From contig JBJKQR010000036.1 of NCBI GenBank assembly GCA_046735395.1, positions 22,231 to 86,230 of the forward strand: DNA of 64,000 nucleotides, in the 5' to 3' direction. Positions 45,575-55,515 of this stretch are shown in pieces. The translations under genes were made by a program, and so were the position numbers. Each line of letters begins with the position of its first letter. Within the stretch, counting starts at the first letter, position 1. This DNA comes from Fidelibacterota bacterium (GTDB lineage: Bacteria > Fidelibacterota > Fidelibacteria > Fidelibacterales > DSDE01). The notes beneath the pieces are model-generated. The model was not told the origin of the DNA and searched no databases. It saw only the letters and a program-made list of their open reading frames with translations.

Positions 45575-46474
45575 TTATTTCAGTTTCAGGCTGCCGTACA
45601 TGCCGATTTTCAGATAGCCGTCATTGACGACCTTCACTTTGACGGCATAAACCAGGTGAGCCCGTTCATCCCGGGTCTGAATGGTCTTGGGTGTGAATTC
45701 CGCCCTAGATGCAATCCAGGTGATAGTCCCCGGATAATCCCTTGCATCTTTTTCACCAAAATCCGCCGAGACCGTAAGCTCCTGGCCGATTTTCATCCTG
45801 GTCAGCTGATCCGCCGTCACATAGGCTCTCAGATACATGATTCCCGTATCCGCCACTTTGTACAGCGCTTTTCCCGGCATGGCCATTTCACCCTTCCGGG
45901 AATATTTTTCCAGGATGGTTCCGGACACGGGCGCAACGAGCCGGCATCGCGACAGCTGATCCTCAATCTGCTTAATCTGCAGTTTCAGAGCATCCGCATC
46001 CCGTTTCAAGCCTTCATCCTGTGATGTAAGGCCGGTCCGGGTGGCTGCCAGTTGTTTCTGAAGCACTTCAATCTGCGCGTTGAGGTCATCGAGCTGTTTC
46101 TGGTTCGCGGCATTCGCATCCAGCAGGTTTTCCACACGCTGCCGTTCGCTTTTCGCCGTGGCGATCTGCCGGGCCAGAGCAGCCGTCTGAACGGGAATAT
46201 CCGGCCGGCGGCTTTCGAGTCCGTCCAGCGAAGCCTCCAGCTGCCGCTTTTTCAGATAAATCTGAATGCTGTCGATGCAGCCCAGGTTCTGGCCGGCTGT
46301 GATAAGGCTTCCTTCATCCGGACTAAAACTCAGGATGCGGCCGCTGGTTTCAGCGGATACGATGACTTCCGTAGCCTCGAATGCGCCGGACGCGTCATAA
46401 CTGCCGTCACCGGAACCGCAGGACGTCATGAGGGCCAGGATTGCAGCCAATGATAGGATTGATACTTGTTTCAT
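45575..46474 (-). CDS. HlyD-family periplasmic adaptor (YbhG-like), lipoprotein
   Basis: LMTS-C lipobox; ASGAFEATEVIVSAETSG; coiled coil; AEFTPKTIQT..LKIGM. Confidence 0.9.
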   Translation of the reverse strand: MKQVSILSLAAILALMTSCGSGDGSYDASGAFEATEVIVSAETSGRILSFSPDEGSLITAGQNLGCIDSIQIYLKKRQLEASLDGLESRRPDIPVQTAALARQIATAKSERQRVENLLDANAANQKQLDDLNAQIEVLQKQLAATRTGLTSQDEGLKRDADALKLQIKQIEDQLSRCRLVAPVSGTILEKYSRKGEMAMPGKALYKVADTGIMYLRAYVTADQLTRMKIGQELTVSADFGEKDARDYPGTITWIASRAEFTPKTIQTRDERAHLVYAVKVKVVNDGYLKIGMYGSLKLK

Positions 46475-46506
46475 AATGAGTCTTTCGGGTTTCCCTTGAA
46501 TAAGGA

Positions 46507-47790
46507 TCACTGGTTTAAATTGTATGACAATTCATAATATGCCAGATACAGCTGAATTTCATGCAGAAGCCGGGTCTGGGCAGCCATGTTTTCAGCCGTG
46601 ATATCGGTGAGCAGGTCATTCACCGTGATGGTACCGTTCGCGTAGCGGGCCTGTGCCGCCTTCTTTATGTCCCCACGCAGAGAAATGATCTCTTCATCAT
46701 TCCGCAGCGTTTCCTCCAGTTTGCTGATCTCATTTCGCCGGGCAATGCTTTCCAGATTCGTGTTGAAGAGAAACGCCTCTTTCTGCAGCTCAAGACTGCG
46801 CCGCCCCAGTTCAATGCTCTGCAGCTGATTCGAACGCGTGTACCGTTCACTGAGTCGCCATACCAGTTGGACACCGCCGATATAGAGCGGTTTGAATCCG
46901 GATTCGAACATATTCAGGGCGGGGTTCGCGTATCCGGCCTGCAGAAAGGCGCTGACCTTCGGCCTGTTCGCGGCCTGAAGAGCCATTTTGCCTGCATCCA
47001 GAACGCGGATCCGGGCATCAAAAAGTGCAAGTTCCGGCCGACGGATCTCCGCATCAGCAGCAATACCTGGGATGGATGGTTTTTCCAGAACACAGCTGTC
47101 GGGGACGGCCAGTCCGCTGAAGGCGGCAAGCTGCTGACGCATAGACCGGTCCGAGGCAGCCAGGTCCGTCTGCTGCTGCCGGGCTTTGACCACTTCGACC
47201 CGGATGGCATCTGCATCCGACTGCTGAGCAACACCATTCCGCATTCCCGCATTGACACGATCCAGATTTGTTTCCAGCTCCCGGCGAAGCAGCTGAACCT
47301 GTTCCTGCTGTTCGCGGATAAGCAATATACCGAAATACAGTCTCAGCACTTTTTCCCGCAGTGTATACAGGTCGGCGGCAAGCTGCCTGCGGCTTGCCTC
47401 TGTACTGCTTTGAACTGCAGCACGCCGGGCTCTGGCCACGCCCCCGTCCCATAGGGTCTGCTGTATATCCGCCATGGCCTGATACTGATCCCTGCCCAGT
47501 GACTCGAAATGCACCGGCTGTCCCGTCAGCTGGCTGAGCAGAGTCTCCAGCGATGATGGTATCGCTGTCACATCCGACTGGAGAGAGGCACGCGCCGACA
47601 GGCTCACCTGCGGCAGCAGGGATTTCCCGATGTCGGACAGCTGCAGGTCCTCAGTTTGATCCAGAAGTCCGCTCTGCTTCGCCAGAGGATAGCGGCTGAG
47701 TGTTTCCTGCAGACAACGGTCCAGGGTCAGATTCCGGGCCGGCAGAACCGTTGACCCGAGAAGCAGCAAAAGAACAATCCTGTTTTTCAT
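46507..47790 (-). CDS. TolC-family outer membrane efflux protein
   Basis: Signal peptide, LTLDRC, LPQVSL, QTLWDGG, helical repeats; operon context. Confidence 0.88.
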   Translation of the reverse strand: MKNRIVLLLLLGSTVLPARNLTLDRCLQETLSRYPLAKQSGLLDQTEDLQLSDIGKSLLPQVSLSARASLQSDVTAIPSSLETLLSQLTGQPVHFESLGRDQYQAMADIQQTLWDGGVARARRAAVQSSTEASRRQLAADLYTLREKVLRLYFGILLIREQQEQVQLLRRELETNLDRVNAGMRNGVAQQSDADAIRVEVVKARQQQTDLAASDRSMRQQLAAFSGLAVPDSCVLEKPSIPGIAADAEIRRPELALFDARIRVLDAGKMALQAANRPKVSAFLQAGYANPALNMFESGFKPLYIGGVQLVWRLSERYTRSNQLQSIELGRRSLELQKEAFLFNTNLESIARRNEISKLEETLRNDEEIISLRGDIKKAAQARYANGTITVNDLLTDITAENMAAQTRLLHEIQLYLAYYELSYNLNQ

Positions 47791-47805
47791 TCCAGAGGCC
47801 CTTTT

Positions 47806-48468
47806 TTATGAATTGCTTTTCAGACGATTGAGAATAATTTCGATATTCTCCCGTTTCCGGTCTTCAAAATAATCCCCATCGCCGGCCAGATGAGTATAGA
47901 GTTCCGCTGCAAGATTCTGAGCCAGGAATACGGAAATATTGAGCAGAACGATGTCCAGCATCAGATCAATGGCCCGGAGCCGGGCAATATGTCCCGCCTC
48001 ATATTCCTCATCCATCTCCTGCTGCAGTGACTGGTACAGATTTCCGGTGAGTGTCTTGAAGCGGTCAATGATCAGATTCCGCCGCTCTGTGTTAAGATTC
48101 AATTCGTTGATAATGAAGGTCGGAAGCAGGGGATTCTTTTGTAAAAAATCAAAATGCTGACTCACAAATTCCCGGATCCGTTCCGGAAAGGTCTTTTCCT
48201 TTCGGCTGAAAATAGGCAGAATGGCTGTGGCGAATTCCTGGAATTTACGTTCAAAGATGGCATTGTAGAGCTTCTCCTTGGTCCGGAAATAATAATGAAC
48301 CAGAGCCTGGTTACAACCCGCCTCCCGGGCGATTTCACCGGTGGACGTCAGGGCAAAACCCTTTTTCATGAACAGGCCCTCACCCTTTTCCAGAATGAGA
48401 TCCTCCATGTTCTTCGGTTTTTCCTCCATGGCTTCATCCGTATTAATAGATTGGTTTAATTTGCTCAT
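47806..48468 (-). CDS. TetR/AcrR family regulator
   Basis: LFMKKGFALTSTGEIAREAGCNQALVHYYFRTKEKLY HTH; start could be 48429. Confidence 0.92.
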   Translation of the reverse strand: MSKLNQSINTDEAMEEKPKNMEDLILEKGEGLFMKKGFALTSTGEIAREAGCNQALVHYYFRTKEKLYNAIFERKFQEFATAILPIFSRKEKTFPERIREFVSQHFDFLQKNPLLPTFIINELNLNTERRNLIIDRFKTLTGNLYQSLQQEMDEEYEAGHIARLRAIDLMLDIVLLNISVFLAQNLAAELYTHLAGDGDYFEDRKRENIEIILNRLKSNS

Positions 48469-48655
48469 TTAATAATGTAATTAATTCAATGAATTCCGAC
48501 AAGTATTATTTTCTGCAGACCGCAACCACCCTCACCGTGGCAGGATAAATACGGTTCCGGCTCATCCGGTTTATTCAGATAAATTTATCGGAACGGCTTT
48601 TCAGCCGGAATAATCCATTATAAAAACTGTCGATGAATAATTTGGAATCCCGTTA

Positions 48656-49378
48656 TCAGCTGAAAATCATAATCAGAAACAAAACACTTCCCATGATCGC
48701 CACCTCGGTACCATAGACATATACCCGCCGCAAACGTTTCTGTTCTGTCCGGTATGCCTGAATATAGACGTTTCTGTCAGCACCGGTAAAATCAGTATAA
48801 TAGCGGTCAAGATAGTAATTGTATTTCGTTCCTCCATTCGATTCCACCACTGCGATCGAAAGAAGCGGGCCGACCAGAAGACCCGCCGTTCCCGCACAGG
48901 CCCCTCCCCATAATATATTTGTCACAGGTTTATGGGCAAACTGTGCATCCATGATGGCATTTTCCCGTATGGTGGACGATGTCATGGGGCGGATGCCCAT
49001 CGAGGGTCTTATCAGAATAGGCCGGACAGGTGTCCATCGCTGCCCGGTCCCGAATTTATTGGTTTCGGGGCTCCCGGAGCTGACAGGACCCGCTTTTTTC
49101 ATTCCGGTCTGCGGATCAAATCCGCTTTTTACACCGGACTCTGCTTTCAGCGTGAGCTAAGTTTTCTTCGGGTTTCGGATTTCTTCTCCCGTGAGGGGGT
49201 CGAATTCCGGCTGGCTCTGATTCACCTGCACTGCCGCGGAATCCGGGCTTCCGGCAATGGGTTCACCGGTCAGCGGATCAAACTTCAGAGCCTGCTGAGC
49301 CGATGCCGAAGCGCCCCATAAAAGGATGGCCGCCACAAGAACAGCCACCCCGCTGTATCGCTGTTTACCTTTTTTCAT
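48656..49378 (-). pseudogene. Exported FDPxTG-repeat protein interrupted by an in-frame TAG (49157-49159)
   Basis: ORFs 49157-49378 and 48656-49102 are in one frame; the 18 intervening codons are open and contain a third FDPQTG repeat. Confidence 0.75.
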
Positions 49379-50826
49379 AGCTCATACATTTCCCAGTAGA
49401 TAACGAAAAACGGCTGCTGGAAATGAATCCCCAGCCGAAAGGTCTTGTTCACGGCGTAAATGAATCCGAAATCAAAATCAACAGGCCGGTAATCACCCCC
49501 CGGATCATTCATAGTGAAATCATCAAAATAATCCTCAAGGCTCTGCGACAGCGTCTTGGCCCGGTTTCCGTTGTCATACCAGATGGACCCGGTCAGTTTC
49601 AGGTTCTTCGACAGGTCATAGTCAAAGGCTGAGTAGACCCTCAGCGGATAATATATCTGATTATCGTATTTATACTCTGATTTCAGTCCCGGCTGGTGCA
49701 GCATGAGCGTATTGGTTTTCACACCGAGATGATACCCGGCCTTTCCCCGTCCGGATTCCATGGCAAACCGCCGGGAATACACACAGTAGATTTCCCCGAA
49801 AACCTCTCTGCTTTCATAGTCTGACAGCACATCATTAAGATCTGCCGGCGCTTCATTCAATGATTGGCCGCTTGTCTTGTTCACGATAAACTGGGAGTAC
49901 ATTCCTGCGATCGTCCGGTCCGGATGGCGGTTGAACAGTTTGAAACCGATTCCGAGGGCGCTTTCCTTGCCGCCCTTCTGTTCATGCAGAAGCTGATAAA
50001 AGGGATGCACATTCAGATCCCCGGAAAAATCGCTGCCGAAGCTGGTCCGGATCATGATGCGGTCCGTGAATCCGTAGCCGATGGACAGCCCGCTGACGTA
50101 GAAGGTATTGGCCGCAAGCGGAAAGGCGGTGGCATCCGTGAAAATATCAGTCAGTACGGCCTCGCCCTGGTAAAAGGTCTTCTTTTCCTCGGTCATGGGC
50201 GACATGACGCCGCCGTGAAAACGGTCAATATCCTTCACATCCTTTTTATTCACCGTGATATCACCGTATTTTGTCCGGATATTGATATCCTCCGGACTTT
50301 CGGAGAGCACCGGCCCCACATAGCGCGTATCATCCTTTTTCGTGATATGGACGGTCTCCTCTAGAATATCGGTCTTGGGAATGATCAGCACACCGTCATC
50401 CGTCTTGATGTGACACTCCGTATCATCCACCTTTGTGATGGTACCGAAAATGATATTTCCATCCGTGAGGTGAAAGCGCTTGGTCATTCCCACCTCCAGA
50501 ATCGTCGCAAGAATGGGTTCCTGACCGGTTCTGATCTGGGTTATGCCGGGAGCCGTTTTCGTTTCCATAGCGCGTCTGATCGCGGTGCTGCTGTTCTGCT
50601 GAAGAAATACGATCATTTCAGCGGCCTCCTGCTGGCTCAGCAGTGAGGGCATCTTCCCGAAACTTTCCTGACTGTAACGGTTCAGATCACTCTGAGAAAC
50701 ACCTTTTGCCACACAGATCTGATTCATTGCAACCAGCTGGCCCGGAAGAACTGGCGTTGCTGTCTGCGCTGACAGATTGAGAACCATAAAAATACTAAAG
50801 GCAAAAATCAGTTTTACAGAATTCAT
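49375..50826 (-). CDS. Hypothetical exported protein with probable C-terminal beta-barrel region
   Basis: Signal peptide, GAGGG SD, 483 aa; two small beta domains then amphipathic strands; ATGA overlap with the next gene. Confidence 0.8.
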   Translation of the reverse strand: MNSVKLIFAFSIFMVLNLSAQTATPVLPGQLVAMNQICVAKGVSQSDLNRYSQESFGKMPSLLSQQEAAEMIVFLQQNSSTAIRRAMETKTAPGITQIRTGQEPILATILEVGMTKRFHLTDGNIIFGTITKVDDTECHIKTDDGVLIIPKTDILEETVHITKKDDTRYVGPVLSESPEDINIRTKYGDITVNKKDVKDIDRFHGGVMSPMTEEKKTFYQGEAVLTDIFTDATAFPLAANTFYVSGLSIGYGFTDRIMIRTSFGSDFSGDLNVHPFYQLLHEQKGGKESALGIGFKLFNRHPDRTIAGMYSQFIVNKTSGQSLNEAPADLNDVLSDYESREVFGEIYCVYSRRFAMESGRGKAGYHLGVKTNTLMLHQPGLKSEYKYDNQIYYPLRVYSAFDYDLSKNLKLTGSIWYDNGNRAKTLSQSLEDYFDDFTMNDPGGDYRPVDFDFGFIYAVNKTFRLGIHFQQPFFVIYWEMYEL

Positions 50827-51013
50827 AATTTCCCTCTCGTGCTTAATGATAATTAAATTAATTTAGATTTATGTAATTGATAATACAAGCAATATAAATT
50901 CCGGGGCGCTGTTGCAGCCGCAGGCAGAATTTATTCTCCATAAATGTGAAAGCAAGTGGCAACAAGCAGCCCGGGAGAGACGGAGGGACCACCTTTCAGA
51001 CAGGCAATTGAAT

Positions 51014-51042
51014 TTGATAATTGAATGCGTATTTGGTATATT
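51014..51042 (+). promoter_or_regulatory. Sigma70-like promoter
   Basis: TTGATA-N17-TATATT upstream of the PMM/PGM operon. Confidence 0.55.
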
Positions 51043-51090
51043 CCGCTCGATGAAGATAATTTTTAACAGTTTAAAAAATATGAGGGGAGA

Positions 51091-52458
51091 ATGAATACAT
51101 TCATATTCAGGGAATACGATATTCGCGGCGTGGTGGCAGAGGATTTCACAAAGGATGTGGTTGTCAATCTGGGCAAGGGCTACGGGAGCTGGCTGAGACG
51201 GGCAGGCGCGAAAACCTGTGCCCTCAGCGGTGATGTCCGGCTGACAACGCCCGAACTGAAGAAGAATTTTGCCGAGGGCATGCTGTCGACGGGTATTGAT
51301 GTACTGGATGTAGGTATTCTGCCTACTCCGCTTAATTATTACAGCATGTTCGTAAGAAAAGTGGACGCGGCGGTACAGATCACCGGAAGCCATAACCCGC
51401 CCGAATTCAATGGTTTCAAGCTTTCCTACCAGCGCAGCGCCTTCTTCGGATCCCAGATTCAGGAAATCAAGGACATCATTCTCGCTGAAAATTTCGAAAC
51501 CGGAGACGGACGTCTCATCGAAGATACCCGGATCATCGGCGAATATATAGACGAACTGTCTGCGAAAATCAAGCTTGACCGGCCTGTCCGGGTTGTACTG
51601 GACAGCGGAAACGCTGCCGGAGGTCTCGCAGCCCCCGAACTATTCCGACGCATCGGCGCCGAGGTCACGGAGCTATTCTGTGACGTGGACGGCAGCTTCC
51701 CGAATCATCATCCGGATCCGACGGTGGAAAAGAACCTTGCCGTCCTCATTAAGGAAATGAAAACCGGAAAATATGACCTGGGTATCGCCTATGACGGGGA
51801 TGCGGACCGGGTCGGCGTCATTGATGAAAAAGGCCGGATTATCTGGGCTGATCAGCTCATGAGCCTTTTTCTCCCTGAAGTCATCCGTGAGAAGGACACA
51901 CCCATTATCTTTGACGTGAAATGTTCCCAGGTTCTGGAAGATGAAATCATTCGTCATGGCGGCAAACCCATGATGGGCAAGACAGGACATTCCATCCTGA
52001 AGCAGATGATGAAGGATCTGAAGGCTCCCTTTGGCGGAGAAATGAGCGGCCATATCTTTTTCGCTGACGAATATTACGGGTATGACGATGCCATCTATGT
52101 CTCGGCACGCGTGGCCCGCATGCTGTCCCGCAGCGACAAACCCATGTCGGCGTACCTCGATTCGCTTCCCACGTTTGTTTCCACACCGGAACTCCGTCTC
52201 GAAGCCGAATCCGATCTTGAAAAATTCGACATTGCCCGGAAGGCCTTCGACTTTTTCACGAAAAACTACGACTGCATCACGGTGGACGGCGTGCGCATCC
52301 GTTTCCCGGAGGGCTGGGGGCTCGTTCGCGCCTCGAATACACAGCCGGTCATCGTCTGCCGTTTCGAAGCCCGTGATCAGCAAGGCCTGGACCGGATACG
52401 GACGCTTGTCATGAATAAGCTGGCAGAATTCGGTACTCTCCGTGAAGGCGGTCATTAA
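51091..52458 (+). CDS. Phosphomannomutase/phosphoglucomutase
   Basis: IFREYDIRG, ITGSHNP, DGDADR, GEMSGH, VRASNT. Confidence 0.95.
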   Translation: MNTFIFREYDIRGVVAEDFTKDVVVNLGKGYGSWLRRAGAKTCALSGDVRLTTPELKKNFAEGMLSTGIDVLDVGILPTPLNYYSMFVRKVDAAVQITGSHNPPEFNGFKLSYQRSAFFGSQIQEIKDIILAENFETGDGRLIEDTRIIGEYIDELSAKIKLDRPVRVVLDSGNAAGGLAAPELFRRIGAEVTELFCDVDGSFPNHHPDPTVEKNLAVLIKEMKTGKYDLGIAYDGDADRVGVIDEKGRIIWADQLMSLFLPEVIREKDTPIIFDVKCSQVLEDEIIRHGGKPMMGKTGHSILKQMMKDLKAPFGGEMSGHIFFADEYYGYDDAIYVSARVARMLSRSDKPMSAYLDSLPTFVSTPELRLEAESDLEKFDIARKAFDFFTKNYDCITVDGVRIRFPEGWGLVRASNTQPVIVCRFEARDQQGLDRIRTLVMNKLAEFGTLREGGH

Positions 52459-52475
52459 TTTAAGCCGGAGAACGG

Positions 52476-53453
52476 ATGAAATCCTTTAGCGACAGATACA
52501 AAACCTTTCTGAAATGGTTCGACCCCCTGTATCGGGAGCTCGACCTTCCCCGGACACCCAATTCCTTTTATGATCCGATCCGCTATCATCTGCAGGGAAA
52601 GGGAAAGCGGCTGAGGCCGGCCATTCTCACGGAAACGGCCCTGGTTCTCGGCGCACGGCGTGAGGATGTCCTTCCCGCAGCGCTGGCCATGGAACTGCTT
52701 CACAACTTTACCCTGATTCATGACGATATCATGGACCATGATGAGACCCGTCACGGGCTGGCAACCATTCATGTCAAATGGGATGTGAATACGGCCATTC
52801 TTGCCGGCGACGGACTCTTCGCCCTCGCATTCATGGAACTGGAAAAACTGTCAGACCGCTGGTACCGGCCCATTTCCCGGCTTTTCCGGGAAAAAATCCT
52901 GGCCGTCTGCGAAGGCCAGAGTTACGACATGGAGTTTGAGAAGGCCGGAACCGTTTCTCAGGGACATTATTTCCGAATGGTGAGGCTGAAGACAGCCGAA
53001 CTGCTGAGCGCGGCAATGACAGCCGGAGCCATTCTGGGAAACGCGGATGAAAAGACCGTCATGGCCGTCAATGAATTCGGAATCCGGCTGGGGATTGTCT
53101 TCCAGATTCAGGACGACATGCTGGAACTCACCAGCTCCAGCGAGGAGATGGGGAAGAGCCTTGATTCGGATATTCAGGCCGGAAAGAAGACCTTCCCGCT
53201 CATTTTTGCCCGGGAACTGGCGGAAAAAGACGGGAACAAGGAGCTGCTGAATCTATTAAACAGACATGATTATTCCGATCGTGAGATTGAGGCCCTGAAG
53301 GATGTATTCAGACAGCCGGCCATGAGAGAAGGAATCATGGGCACCATACACAGCGAGATAGCAAAACTCGAAGGGCTGACTCTGGAAATGAACCCCCATC
53401 TGGCGGCGCATCTGCAGAGCTTTTCACAATTCATATTAAACAGGAAAAAGTAA
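52476..53453 (+). CDS. Polyprenyl diphosphate synthase
   Basis: GKRLRP, LIHDDIMD, AILAGD, LKTA, FQIQDD, GKKT. Confidence 0.94.
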   Translation: MKSFSDRYKTFLKWFDPLYRELDLPRTPNSFYDPIRYHLQGKGKRLRPAILTETALVLGARREDVLPAALAMELLHNFTLIHDDIMDHDETRHGLATIHVKWDVNTAILAGDGLFALAFMELEKLSDRWYRPISRLFREKILAVCEGQSYDMEFEKAGTVSQGHYFRMVRLKTAELLSAAMTAGAILGNADEKTVMAVNEFGIRLGIVFQIQDDMLELTSSSEEMGKSLDSDIQAGKKTFPLIFARELAEKDGNKELLNLLNRHDYSDREIEALKDVFRQPAMREGIMGTIHSEIAKLEGLTLEMNPHLAAHLQSFSQFILNRKK

Positions 53454-53726
53454 ATGTTTGAACAGGAATTTGAAATACTGAATGAACAGGGCCTGCATGC
53501 CCGGCCGGCAACCGCGCTGGTCAACACCATTCAAAAGTATAAATCGGAAGTATTCCTTCTATGCCAGGGCAAAAAAATCAATGCCAAGAGTATTCTCGGC
53601 GTTCTGGTACTGGCTGCGGAAAAGGGCGCCCGCCTGAAGGTTCAGGCCAATGGAGAAGATGCGGAAGATGCCGTACGCAGTGTTCTGGAGCTTGCTCTGA
53701 ATAAATTCGGGATGAAAGACGAATAA
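53454..53726 (+). CDS. ptsH: Phosphocarrier protein HPr
   Basis: GLHARPA (His15) and NAKSILGV (Ser46). Confidence 0.95.
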   Translation: MFEQEFEILNEQGLHARPATALVNTIQKYKSEVFLLCQGKKINAKSILGVLVLAAEKGARLKVQANGEDAEDAVRSVLELALNKFGMKDE

Positions 53727-53727
53727 C

Positions 53728-55515
53728 TTGTACGAAAATAACGAGAAATATCCGGGACTGGCCGTATCGCCGGGGATTGCCATCGGCAGGGCCTATCTGC
53801 ACCGCAGTGATACAGCTCTGCATGTGCCCAGGACCCGAATCAGCCCTGAGGATGTTTCTTCGGAAATGGAACGCTTCGCCGCCGCCCGTACGCAGGTGGA
53901 ACAGGATCTGAATCTTATCCGCGAGACCATTTCATCACGTTTTGGTGCAAATTATGCAGAGCTCATTGATGCCCAGATCGCCATTGTCCGAGATGAGGAC
54001 ATTATCCAGCAGGTCCGGGCCTATATGGAGGAATATCGGGTCCATGTCCCCTTCGCCTACCGGATCATCATCAATCAGTATATCGATATGATGGATGAGG
54101 GACATTCGGAATTTTTCCGGGAACGGGTCATGGATATCCGTGATGTGAAACAGCAGGTGCTGAAATGCCTGTTATCCGTGGAGAATGCCCTTTCTCTTGA
54201 TTCTCTGCACGGCCCCGGCATCCTTGTAAGCAAATATTTAAGTCCCGGGGACGTCATCCGCCTCAGTTCCGAAAACATCGTGGGTATCGTGGCTGAAACC
54301 GGCGGCAAGACCTCCCATGCGGCCATCCTTGCCAAGGCCATGGGCATTCCCACCCTCCTGGGCGTCCAGGATGTGACCTACAATGTAAATGACGGTGACC
54401 GGGTTCTTCTCGATGCCTATCATGGTTTTCTCATTTTTCAGCCCGATCAGGAAACGGAACAGCATTATCAGGGCGAAATCCGTCGTTACGCCGCCATGAC
54501 GGCCGACTTCGAAAAACAGCGCTCCGTTGACTGCAAAACAGCAGACGGCCGGAACGTTCAGCTTCTGGCAAATATTGAACTGCCGGTGGAAACACAACAG
54601 GTTCAGACTTTCCAGGCCGAAGGTGTGGGACTGTACCGGAGTGAATATCTGTACCTGATGAAAAAGAATCTTCCCACGGAAGATGAACTTTTTGAGGAGT
54701 ATAAATCCGTGGTCACCCGCATGCAGGAGAAACCGCTGGTGATCCGGACCATTGATCTGGGAGGCGACAAGATCTCGGCGGCCATGGCACGTCAAGTCCG
54801 GGAGGAAAGCAATCCCTTCATGGGCTATCGCGCCATCCGGATTTCACTGGATCAGCCACCCATGTTCATCGCACAGCTGAGAGCCATTCTGCGTGCGTCA
54901 GCCTTCGGAAAGGTAAGCATCATGCTGCCCATGATCACGGTGACGGACGAGTTGTACAAGGCGCTCGAATACGTCGATATCGCCAAGGAGGAACTTCGCA
55001 GGGAAGGCATTCCCTTCGCGGAGGATATTCCCGTTGGAATTCTCATCGAGGTACCCTCTGCAGCCATGATGGCGGAGGAGCTGGCGACTATTGTCGACTT
55101 CTTCAGCATCGGTACGAACGACCTGACCCAATACCTGCTGGCCGTGGACCGCGGAAATGAGAAAGTCAACCATCTCTACAGCTATTTTGATCCGGTGGTG
55201 CTGCGTACCATCCGCTGGATCGTCAATGCGGCCAATTCCGGAAAAATTCCCGTTTCTGTCTGCGGTGAAATGGCCGGTGACCCGAAAGCCATCGTAGTCC
55301 TGCTGGGCCTGGGTATCACAAAACTGAGCATGAGCCCCATATCGCTTGACCGGGTTCGCTCCATTGTACGCCGTCTGGATTTCAGCAAATGCCGCATTTT
55401 CAGCAATAAACTTCTGCGAATGACATCCCGCACCGATATACAGCAGGCCGTCATCCTGGAATTCAACAGCCTCTTCCCGGACTGGGATGAGACGGAAGCC
55501 GATAATTTACTCTAA
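53728..55515 (+). CDS. ptsI: PTS enzyme I
   Basis: GGKTSHAAIL, EGVGLYRSE, RTIDLGGDK, SIGTNDLTQY, VCGEMAG; TTG start. Confidence 0.96.
   Translation: MYENNEKYPGLAVSPGIAIGRAYLHRSDTALHVPRTRISPEDVSSEMERFAAARTQVEQDLNLIRETISSRFGANYAELIDAQIAIVRDEDIIQQVRAYMEEYRVHVPFAYRIIINQYIDMMDEGHSEFFRERVMDIRDVKQQVLKCLLSVENALSLDSLHGPGILVSKYLSPGDVIRLSSENIVGIVAETGGKTSHAAILAKAMGIPTLLGVQDVTYNVNDGDRVLLDAYHGFLIFQPDQETEQHYQGEIRRYAAMTADFEKQRSVDCKTADGRNVQLLANIELPVETQQVQTFQAEGVGLYRSEYLYLMKKNLPTEDELFEEYKSVVTRMQEKPLVIRTIDLGGDKISAAMARQVREESNPFMGYRAIRISLDQPPMFIAQLRAILRASAFGKVSIMLPMITVTDELYKALEYVDIAKEELRREGIPFAEDIPVGILIEVPSAAMMAEELATIVDFFSIGTNDLTQYLLAVDRGNEKVNHLYSYFDPVVLRTIRWIVNAANSGKIPVSVCGEMAGDPKAIVVLLGLGITKLSMSPISLDRVRSIVRRLDFSKCRIFSNKLLRMTSRTDIQQAVILEFNSLFPDWDETEADNLL

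Noticed and set aside
49157..49159. Genome-wide TAG reassignment or pyrrolysine
   Set aside because: TAG ends the 3318-5273 gene exactly where paralogous C-terminal domains end with TAA; no pyl genes in the window
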